The translations under genes and the position numbers were made by a program. Below, piece after piece: positions 25,312 to 32,000 of a stretch of 32,000 bases of DNA. The notes beneath the pieces are model-generated. The model ran no database searches. It saw only the letters and a program-made list of their open reading frames with translations, and was not told the DNA's origin. Source of the DNA: Phycisphaera mikurensis NBRC 102666 (GTDB lineage Bacteria > Planctomycetota > Phycisphaerae > Phycisphaerales > Phycisphaeraceae); NCBI RefSeq assembly GCF_000284115.1, contig NC_017080.1, forward strand, positions 450,001 to 482,000, written 5' to 3'. How positions within the stretch are numbered: position 1 is the first letter of the stretch; each line of letters starts with the position of its first letter.

Positions 25312-26463
25312 TCAGCGAAACGTCCGCGCGACGATCATGTATCCGATGTACGCGACGCCGGAGAGGAACTGGGCGACGAAGAGCCACTTCAGCACCCGGA
25401 TGCCCGGGGGCACGCAGCGCCCGAGGGCCCGGGGTGCGAAGTGCGCCGTGAGCACGATGAGCAGAAGGGCGCTGGCGGGGATGGTCTGCCAGACGAGGTT
25501 GCCGTGGTGCCGGCGGAGCCCCGACTCGATGAAGACTCCGCTGATCAGGACGCCGCAGGCGGTGAGCAGGCCCGCGTACAGGACCGGGAGGCTCCGCAGC
25601 AGGCGGCCGGGCTCCAGGGCGAGCGCGAGCAGCGGGATGCAGAAGGAGATCAGCAGCGAGACCGGCACGTACCAGGCCGCTGTCCAGGCGATGAACACCT
25701 CGAAGAAGCCCCCGATCGTCAGCCCGTCCTCGCCGTCGTTGAACGAGCCGACCCCGAGGCGGTAGATCAGCACGTACTGCGCGGCCACCGCGGCCGCGCC
25801 CACTGTGTACGCGGCCAGGTTCAGGAGCGTCTTCGCGACGCCCCGGTCCCGCGCGAAGACGATCAGCAGGAGCGTGGACACCGGGAGGAAGACGAAGAGG
25901 AAGGACGGCTTGATCAGCGCGTTCACGAGGATCAGGCCCGACAGCGCCGCGAACCGCCGCGGCGTCAGGTCGTGCCCGCCGGCGAACAGCTCCAGCTGCC
26001 GCCGGAACAGGAGGATCGCGAACGGGAACAGCACGATCGTCGTGGAGTTGTGCCAGACCACCGGCACGAACCGCCCGAGGTACATGCGGCCGAGGCCGAA
26101 AACCAGGTAGGGGTCCGGGATCGTGAAGCTGATCCCCAGCATCAGCGACAGCGACGCGATCGTGCGGGCGCCGGGGGTCGCGCCCCCGCGGGCGAGCAGC
26201 CACCGCAGCAGCGACTTCGTGAGGGCGTAGCGCCAGGCGACCGCGCCCGCGAGCAGGAACACGGCCGCGGCTCGGAGCGCCGCGAGGTCGCCCGAGAAGC
26301 CGCTGAGCAGGTCCAGCGCGAGGTAGTAGAGGAAGTTCGGCGGGTACGCGGCCTCGCCGTCGCGGATCTTCTGGACCTGCGCGACGTGAGGCAGGAGGTC
26401 GCCCTCGGCGTAGAGGAGCAGGTACGCGAAGAAGGCCGCGGCGGCCACGAACACCAGCGCCAC
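25312..26463 (-). CDS. polytopic membrane protein of unknown family (possible polymerase/GT-C-like)
   Basis: ORF 25312-26742. The body is about 10 hydrophobic helices. The first ~93 codons are Pro/Gly/Arg-rich and would overlap the wecE start. I prefer GTG at 26463 (VALVFVAAAAFF), but the start is uncertain. Confidence 0.6.
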   Translation of the reverse strand: MALVFVAAAAFFAYLLLYAEGDLLPHVAQVQKIRDGEAAYPPNFLYYLALDLLSGFSGDLAALRAAAVFLLAGAVAWRYALTKSLLRWLLARGGATPGARTIASLSLMLGISFTIPDPYLVFGLGRMYLGRFVPVVWHNSTTIVLFPFAILLFRRQLELFAGGHDLTPRRFAALSGLILVNALIKPSFLFVFLPVSTLLLIVFARDRGVAKTLLNLAAYTVGAAAVAAQYVLIYRLGVGSFNDGEDGLTIGGFFEVFIAWTAAWYVPVSLLISFCIPLLALALEPGRLLRSLPVLYAGLLTACGVLISGVFIESGLRRHHGNLVWQTIPASALLLIVLTAHFAPRALGRCVPPGIRVLKWLFVAQFLSGVAYIGYMIVARTFR

Positions 26464-26714
26464 GTCCGCGTGGAGCCGGTGCCCGGCGCGCGGGGGCGAG
26501 GCGGATGGGGGCGTGGCAGGCAGGGGCAGTCCTCGAGAGAATCCGAGCCCGGCTCGCGACCGTCCGGGCTGGCACGCGGGCCGCGGGCTCGATCCGCTGG
26601 AAAACCCTACCGGCCGACCGGCTCGCGTCGGGCCCGCTCCGCGGGTCGGGCCCGGTAACTTCCGTACGCCGGCCGTCGGATCGACCCGAACCCCGCCGCG
26701 GCCGAGCCCGACCG

Positions 26715-27887
26715 ATGCCGGAAGCTCCCGCCCCACCCCCACGGATCCCCTTCAACAAGCCCTTCGTGGCGGGCAAGGAGCTCTTCTACATCGCGCAGGC
26801 GGTGACCAAGGGCAACCTCGGCGGCGACGGCTTCTACACGCGGGCGTGCTGCCGGCTGATGGAGGAACGCTTCGGGGTGCCGCACGTGCTGCTCACGCCC
26901 TCGTGCACGGCGTCGCTGGAGATGGCGGCGACGCTCTGCGGCTTCGAGCCCGGCGACGAGGTCATCCTGCCCTCGTACACGTTCGTGTCGACGGCCTCGG
27001 CTTTCGTGCGCGCCGGCGCGAAGCCGGTGTTCGTCGACGTGCGGCCCGACACGCTGAACATCGACGAGACGCAGATCGAGGCGGCCGTCACCGAGCGGAC
27101 ACGCGCGATCTGCGTCGTCCACTACGCCGGGATCGCCTGCGAGATGGACACGATCCTGGCCATCGCGGAGCGGAACGGGCTGCGCGTGGTCGAGGACGCG
27201 GCGCAGGGCGTCAACGCCTTCTACAAGGGCCGCGCCCTCGGCTCGATGGGCGACCTGGGCTGCTACAGCTTCCACGAGACCAAGAACTTGATCTGCGGCG
27301 AGGGCGGGGCGTTGTGCATCAACGACCCGGCGCTGCTGCGGCGCTCGGAGATCCTCCGCGACAAGGGGACCAACCGGCAGGCCTTCTTCCGCGGCGACGT
27401 CGACAAGTACACCTGGGTCGACGTGGGCTCGTCCTACGTGCCCAGCGAGATCACCTCGGCCTTCCTCTACGCGCAGCTCGAGGAGATGGACCGCATCACC
27501 CGGCGGCGGGCGGAGATCTTCCGCCGCTACGCGGAGGGCCTCGCGCCGGAGGTCGCCGCCGGCCGGCTGCGGCCGCCGCACGCGCCCGCGGGCTGCGTCG
27601 GCAACCACCACCTCTTCTACGCGATCCTGGCGTCGACCGAGGCCCGGGACGCGGCGCTGGAAGCCTTCCGCGCCGCGAACATCCAGGCGGTTTTCCACTA
27701 CGTGCCGCTGCACGCGGCGCCGATGGGCCGCGAGCTCGCCGGGGGCCGATCGCTCCCGGTGACCGAGGACCTCGCCGCCCGGCTGCTCCGCCTGCCCATG
27801 TTCTTCGACCTGACCGAGACGGAGCAGGATCGCGTGATCGCCACCTTCCGCGGGTTCCTCGCGGGCGGGCCGCCGCCCGACGCGTGA
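26715..27887 (+). CDS. wecE: dTDP-4-amino-4,6-dideoxyhexose (WecE/RffA-type) PLP-dependent aminotransferase
   Basis: Near-colinear with E. coli WecE as I remember it: IPFNKP, LLTPSCTASLEMAA, PSYTFVSTA, VDVRPDTLNIDE, VVHYAG, VVEDAAQGV, SFHETKN (PLP lysine), DKYTWVDVGSSY and VFHYVPLH. Start is ATG 26715 inside ORF 26505-27887. Confidence 0.9.
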   Translation: MPEAPAPPPRIPFNKPFVAGKELFYIAQAVTKGNLGGDGFYTRACCRLMEERFGVPHVLLTPSCTASLEMAATLCGFEPGDEVILPSYTFVSTASAFVRAGAKPVFVDVRPDTLNIDETQIEAAVTERTRAICVVHYAGIACEMDTILAIAERNGLRVVEDAAQGVNAFYKGRALGSMGDLGCYSFHETKNLICGEGGALCINDPALLRRSEILRDKGTNRQAFFRGDVDKYTWVDVGSSYVPSEITSAFLYAQLEEMDRITRRRAEIFRRYAEGLAPEVAAGRLRPPHAPAGCVGNHHLFYAILASTEARDAALEAFRAANIQAVFHYVPLHAAPMGRELAGGRSLPVTEDLAARLLRLPMFFDLTETEQDRVIATFRGFLAGGPPPDA

Positions 27888-27901
27888 ATCCGCAACCGCC
27901 C

Positions 27902-28849
27902 TCAGCCCCGCCGCGTCGGCCCGGTCCGCACGGTGAACTGCGGCTTGCGGTTGACGTTGAGGTGCAGCCGCCCGAGGTACTCGCCCACGATGCCCAGGCT
28001 CAGCAGCTGGATGCCGCCGAGCACGAGCACGGCGACGATGATCGAGGCGTAGCCGGGCACGGCGATCTCCGAGAGCAGCGCCCAGAGCAGGTACCACACG
28101 CCCAGGCTCAGCCCGACCGCCGCGGCGAGCAGGCCCAGGATCGACACCGCCTGCAGCGGCAGCAGCGAGAAGTTGGTGAAGACGTTCATCGCCAGGCCCA
28201 CCAGCTTCGAGAGCGAGTAGCCGGAGCGGCCGCCGGCCCGGGCGTGATGCGGCACCTCCACCATGCCGATGCGGCGGGTGTTCCAAGCGAGCAGGCCGTC
28301 GATGTAGGTGAAGTTGAGGTCGTAGCGGACCACCGCCTCGATCAGCTCCCGCCGCACCGCCCGGAAGCTCGTCACCGAGACCGGCATCCGGAAGACCACG
28401 CGGTAGAAGCCGTTCACCAGCGCCGAGCCGAGGTTCCGCCCGCCGGCGTGCCGCTTCACCTCGTACACGCCGTAGACCAGGTCGTGCCCGTCCTCGAGCA
28501 GCGTGTCGACCAGGCGGGGGACGCACTCGGGCTCGTGCTGGAGGTCGTCGTCGATCGTCACCAGCACCCGGCCGTCCGCGTGGTGGAAGCCGCACATGAG
28601 CGCGTTGTGCTGGCCGAAGTTCCGCATGAGCTGGATGATCCGGGCCTGCGGCGCCGCGGCGGCGAGCTGCTCGAGCACCTGCCAGCTGTCGTCGGGGCTC
28701 TCGTCGTCGACGAAGACGACCTCCCAGGCGTCGGCCGCGTAGCGGGCGGAGAGCGTCGCCTCCAGCCGCGTCCAAAGCTCCCGCAGGGTGTTCTGCGAGC
28801 GGTAGACCGGGACGATCACCGAGACCTCGATCGGGGGGGCGAGGCTCAA
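27902..28849 (-). CDS. ArnC-like GT2 polyprenyl-phosphate (amino)sugar transferase
   Basis: This is the tail of ORF 27902-29968. VSVIVPVYRS, VFVDDESPD, MRNFGQHNALMCGF and TIDDDLQHEP are followed by two C-terminal TM helices and GEYLGRL, colinear with E. coli ArnC as I remember it. The only upstream in-frame start near the domain is TTG at 28849, forming a TTGA overlap with the formyltransferase stop. Confidence 0.85.
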   Translation of the reverse strand: MSLAPPIEVSVIVPVYRSQNTLRELWTRLEATLSARYAADAWEVVFVDDESPDDSWQVLEQLAAAAPQARIIQLMRNFGQHNALMCGFHHADGRVLVTIDDDLQHEPECVPRLVDTLLEDGHDLVYGVYEVKRHAGGRNLGSALVNGFYRVVFRMPVSVTSFRAVRRELIEAVVRYDLNFTYIDGLLAWNTRRIGMVEVPHHARAGGRSGYSLSKLVGLAMNVFTNFSLLPLQAVSILGLLAAAVGLSLGVWYLLWALLSEIAVPGYASIIVAVLVLGGIQLLSLGIVGEYLGRLHLNVNRKPQFTVRTGPTRRG

Positions 28850-29751
28850 GCGCCGAACCTCTGACGGAGGCGGGTGAGCGGCAGGGCGGGGCTGCCGTCG
28901 CCGAAGGTCATGTGCTCGATCCGCAGCAGCCCCGCGCCGCAGACGACCTCGGGCTCGCCGCCGGAACCGAGGCTCCAGAGCTTGCCCGGCTGCCGGAGCG
29001 CGAAGCGGACCTCCGGCAGCACGGCCGCCCGGTGAATGACGACGGCGCGGCCGCCCAGCGTCGACCGGGCTCCCGGGTAGGGGTCGCCGAGCGCGCGGAC
29101 GGCCCGCTCGATCGCGGCCGCATCCAGCGACCAGTCGATCCGGTAATCCGCGTCGTCGCGCCAGAGGCTGAAGGTCGCGGCGTCCTCGTCCTGGGGCACC
29201 GGATCGCCGAACTCGCCGGCGAGCAGCGCCCGCGCACCCTCGACGTAGAGCGGGACGACCTTGTCGATGAGATCGGCGATCGTGTCCCGCGGGCCGATGC
29301 CCACGGCGGCCTGCCAGTACACCCCGCCGGCATCGACGCGGTCGCAGGCCCGCAGGAAGGTGACGCCGGTCCGCGTCTCGCCGGTGAGCAGCGCCGTGGG
29401 CAGCGGAGCGAAGCCGCGGAGCTTCGGCAGCAGCGAGTCGTGCGCGACGATCACGTCGCCGCCGACGGCATCGGCCGTGGCCGCGTCGACGAGGTACCTC
29501 CAGCCGACGCACAGGATGCGCTCGATGCCGTGCTCGGCCACGACGCCCAGCGGGTCCTCCCGCCAGCGGGCGAGCGGAATCACCGGGATGCCCCGCGCTC
29601 CGGCGGCCCGGTGGATGTCCGCGTCGAAGGCGTGGACCACGCCGGTCTCGTGGAAGGTGCACACCGCGAGCCGGTCGGCGTCGGCCCGGCGGAGCGACTC
29701 CGCGACGGCGAGCCCTTTCCGGGTGGCGAGACAGAGAAGCGTTCGGGGCAT
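28846..29751 (-). CDS. Fmt/ArnA-N-type formyltransferase-family protein (putative sugar N-formyltransferase)
   Basis: ATG at 29751 inside ORF 28846-29853. The HDSLLPKLRGFAPL block (HxSLLPxxRG), TGVTFLRACDRVDAGGV (catalytic Asp region) and an Fmt-like C-terminal domain are present. Confidence 0.8.
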   Translation of the reverse strand: MPRTLLCLATRKGLAVAESLRRADADRLAVCTFHETGVVHAFDADIHRAAGARGIPVIPLARWREDPLGVVAEHGIERILCVGWRYLVDAATADAVGGDVIVAHDSLLPKLRGFAPLPTALLTGETRTGVTFLRACDRVDAGGVYWQAAVGIGPRDTIADLIDKVVPLYVEGARALLAGEFGDPVPQDEDAATFSLWRDDADYRIDWSLDAAAIERAVRALGDPYPGARSTLGGRAVVIHRAAVLPEVRFALRQPGKLWSLGSGGEPEVVCGAGLLRIEHMTFGDGSPALPLTRLRQRFGA

Positions 29752-29900
29752 CGGCGGCGGACGGGCTGCGTGCGGCGCAGCGCGCGCCGCAGCGTACGGA
29801 GCCGGGACGCTGCGGGTATGCCGTAACTTCGGGGCGTGATCCACCCGCCGCACGAAAGAACCCGGGGCAGACGGTCGCGACCGCGACGGGGCGGGTCCCG

Positions 29901-30806
29901 GTGAAGGGCATCCTCCTCGCCGGCGGCCACGGCACGCGGCTCGCGCCGCTGACCGGGGCGATCAGCAAGCAGCTGCTGCCGGTCTACAACAAGCCGATGA
30001 TCTACTACCCGCTCAGCGTGCTGATGCTCGCGGGCGTGCGGGAGGTCATGGTGATCTCCACGCCCACGCACCTCCCGCTCTTCGGGCAGGTCCTCGGCGA
30101 CGGCTCCGCGTGGGGCATGCGCTTCCACTTCGTGGAGCAGGCCGAGCCGCGCGGCCTGGCCCAGGCCTTCACGCTGGACCCCGGCTTCCACGGCACCGAG
30201 CCGGCCTGCCTGATCCTCGGCGACAACCTCATCTACGGCAGCGGGCTGGCGCGGACGCTGGCGTCCGCGGCCGCCGCCGCCCGGCGGCCCGGCGGCGGGG
30301 CGGCGATCTTCGGCTACCCCGTGCGCGACCCGCGGGCCTACGGCGTGGTCGAGGTCGACGGCGGCGGCCGGGCGGTCAGCCTCGAGGAGAAGCCGGCGCG
30401 GCCGCGCGGGCACCTCGCGGTGCCGGGGCTCTACTTCTACGACGGCTCCGCGGGCGAGCGGGCCGCGGCGCTGGCGCCCTCTCCGCGCGGCGAGCTGGAG
30501 ATCACCGACCTGAACCGCACGTACCTCGACGACGGCTTGCTGAGCGTCGAGCGGTGGGGCCGGGGCATGGCCTGGCTGGACGCGGGCACGCACGAGTCGC
30601 TGCTGGAGGCGCAGAACTTCGTGCGGACGGTGGAGCAGCGGCAGGGCACGATGATCGGCTGCCCCGAGGAGATCGCGCTGCGGAGCGGCTGGATCGGCGC
30701 GGACGACGTGCTCCGCGTCGCCGACGCGATGGGCGACAACCGCTACGCGTCGTACCTCCGCTGGGTGGCCGGGCCCCGGGACGGACCGGCCGAGGCGTGG
30801 GCATGA
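29901..30806 (+). CDS. rfbA: glucose-1-phosphate thymidylyltransferase
   Basis: KGILLAGGHGTRLAPLT, SKQLLPVYNKPMIYYPLSVLMLAGVREV, LGDNLIYG, EKP and LEITDLN are canonical RmlA blocks. GTG start. Confidence 0.95.
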   Translation: MKGILLAGGHGTRLAPLTGAISKQLLPVYNKPMIYYPLSVLMLAGVREVMVISTPTHLPLFGQVLGDGSAWGMRFHFVEQAEPRGLAQAFTLDPGFHGTEPACLILGDNLIYGSGLARTLASAAAAARRPGGGAAIFGYPVRDPRAYGVVEVDGGGRAVSLEEKPARPRGHLAVPGLYFYDGSAGERAAALAPSPRGELEITDLNRTYLDDGLLSVERWGRGMAWLDAGTHESLLEAQNFVRTVEQRQGTMIGCPEEIALRSGWIGADDVLRVADAMGDNRYASYLRWVAGPRDGPAEAWA

Positions 30807-30831
30807 GCCGGCTCCGGGCGAGGCCGAGCCG

Positions 30832-31713
30832 GTGATGCCCTGGCGCCCCGGCTTCCCGAACCGGCGCAAGCCGCTGGGCTACCTGCGCCTGCTCCGGGCC
30901 CGGCACCGCTTCCACGACCGGGTGCGGCCGGGCTTCCGCCCCGGCTCGCCGCGCCCGCGTCTGGTCGACGTGACCGGCGACAAGGCGCGGCTCGCGGCGC
31001 TGCGCGACCGCCACGCCGGCCGGCGCTGCTTCGTCCTCGGCAACGGCCCGAGCCTCGCGGCGATGGACCCGGCGCCGCTGCGCGACGAGGTGACGATCGG
31101 CAGCAACGGCCTCTACACCCGCTTCGCCTCGTGGGGGTTCGCCACCGATTACCTGCTCTTCGAGGACCTCGAGCAGACCGAGCTGCGCGGGCCCGACCTG
31201 CCGGGGATCCGCGGGCCCCTGAAGCTCGCGGGCCTGCACAACGCGTACGCCTTCCGGGCCGACCGCGACACGGTGTTCTTCAACGCCCGGCCCGGCGACC
31301 GCTTCTACTGGGACCACCTCGCGCCGATGTTCAGCCGGGACTTCGCGGAGATCGTCTACCTCAACTCGACCGTGACGACGATCGGGCTGCAGCTGGCCTA
31401 CCACCTCGGCTGCGACCCCGTCGTGCTCTTGGGCGTCGATCACGACTACGGCCGGCTGCCCGCGCTCTTCAAGCCCGGAAAGATCCGCGTCACGGCGGAC
31501 AACCTCGACCTGGTCCGCGGCTGCCACTTCGACCCGGGCTACTACAAGCTCGGCGACCTGATCGGCGTGCCCGACGTCGGGCTGCAGGAGCGGGGCTACC
31601 GGGAGGCCCGGCGGGTCTTCGAGCGGGACGGCCGGCGGGTGCTCAACGCGACCGCGGGCGGGAAGCTGGAGGTTTTCGAGCGTGTGAGCCTCGCGGAGGT
31701 CTGGACCCTGTGA
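30832..31713 (+). CDS. DUF115 (MptE-like)/CstII-like putative glycosyltransferase
   Basis: CFVLGNGPSL, TIGSNG, ATDYLLFED and TTIGLQLAYHLGCDPVVLLGVDHDY parallel the GNGPSL and GxD layout of CstII/Maf/DUF115 proteins. The start is GTG 30832 or ATG 30835. Confidence 0.75.
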   Translation: MMPWRPGFPNRRKPLGYLRLLRARHRFHDRVRPGFRPGSPRPRLVDVTGDKARLAALRDRHAGRRCFVLGNGPSLAAMDPAPLRDEVTIGSNGLYTRFASWGFATDYLLFEDLEQTELRGPDLPGIRGPLKLAGLHNAYAFRADRDTVFFNARPGDRFYWDHLAPMFSRDFAEIVYLNSTVTTIGLQLAYHLGCDPVVLLGVDHDYGRLPALFKPGKIRVTADNLDLVRGCHFDPGYYKLGDLIGVPDVGLQERGYREARRVFERDGRRVLNATAGGKLEVFERVSLAEVWTL

Positions 31714-32000
31714 ACGGGTCGCGCCCCCCGCGCGTGCTGCTGATCTCGCACGCGGCCGACCGCACCGGTGCGCCCCGCAGCTTGCTGGAGTTGCTCGGGT
31801 TCTTCTGCGTCCACACCGCGTGGGACCTGCGCGTGCTGCTGATCGAGACCGGTCCGCTCGCCCCGGCCTTCGCCGCGCTCGCTCCCACCGAGCTCCTTCA
31901 CCCGCCGCGGACCGCGGGCGGGAAAGCGCGCTCGGCCGCGCGGTCCGCGGCGTGGGCGGCGGGGTCGGGTCACCCGCGGCGGGCTTGGAAGCTGGCGACG
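31710..32000 (+). CDS. glycosyltransferase family 4, N-terminal fragment (runs off window)
   Basis: GTG 31710 overlaps the upstream TGA (GTGA). My translation VNGSRPPRVLLISHAADRTGAPRSLLELLGFF is a typical GT4 N-terminus. The frame stays open to base 32000. It is absent from the ORF track, presumably because it has no stop. Confidence 0.6.
   Translation, partial: MNGSRPPRVLLISHAADRTGAPRSLLELLGFFCVHTAWDLRVLLIETGPLAPAFAALAPTELLHPPRTAGGKARSAARSAAWAAGSGHPRRAWKLAT

Noticed and set aside
26464-26742. Full-length start (26742) for the third membrane-protein gene
   Set aside because: The extra ~93 residues are Pro/Gly/Arg-rich. They would overlap the divergent wecE start (26715) and consume the whole shared promoter region. 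GTG 26463, immediately before the first hydrophobic helix, is more plausible but unproven.
22948-28864. ORFs 22948-25275 (-), 25300-26658 (+), 26607-28775 (-) and 26513-28864 (+)
   Set aside because: They overlap better-supported genes (membrane proteins, wecE and the ArnC-like GT2) in other frames or on the other strand. Their composition is highly charged or low-complexity.
1-32000. Search for mobile elements, defence systems, prophage genes, toxin-antitoxin pairs, tRNA/rRNA genes or integron attC sites
   Set aside because: No transposase, integrase, recombinase, nuclease/helicase defence-type or cas-like translations appear in any frame. I saw no terminal inverted repeats flanking a block. 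Nothing resembling a tRNA cloverleaf or rRNA was seen in the few non-coding stretches.

Overview
Very GC-rich bacterial chromosomal window. The GC content produces long spurious antisense ORFs, so real genes were picked by family motifs recalled from memory; no database search was possible. I support about 27 protein-coding genes and see no rRNA, tRNA, transposase, integrase or cas genes. Layout: (i) 3-6554 (+) is a tightly coupled envelope-glycan operon: GT2 polyprenyl-phosphate glycosyltransferase, PHP-like hydrolase, GlpD-like FAD oxidoreductase, GT4, SDR epimerase/dehydratase and hexapeptide acyltransferase. (ii) 6613-7564 is a 139-bp tandem array of a highly structured non-coding module that fills the gap between two convergent genes. 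(iii) A housekeeping island follows: rnd (-), a MqnA/MqnD-family protein, a 50-aa membrane protein and a PlsC-family acyltransferase. (iv) 11194-21641 (+) carries rfbC-rfbD-rfbB, a class I DAHP synthase, a Gfo/Idh/MocA oxidoreductase, a Wzm/Wzt-type ABC exporter and a 1102-aa multidomain glycosyltransferase. (v) 21551-26463 holds three polytopic membrane proteins, two of them divergently transcribed paralogues with GT-C-like features. (vi) 26715-32000 carries a WecE-like aminotransferase, an ArnC-like GT2, an Fmt-like formyltransferase, rfbA, a DUF115/CstII-like transferase and the start of another GT4. The best candidate for something undescribed is the tandem array: each unit has a 54-nt composite palindrome that can fold as three abutting hairpins or as one long hairpin. 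Secondary leads are an Arn-like (aminotransferase/formyltransferase/GT2/GT-C) module apparently built on dTDP-sugar chemistry, a DAHP synthase coupled to the glycan export operon alongside CstII/DUF115-like modules, a (GGGN)12 G-quadruplex motif upstream of rfbC, and a long C-rich polypyrimidine spacer upstream of the DAHP synthase gene.
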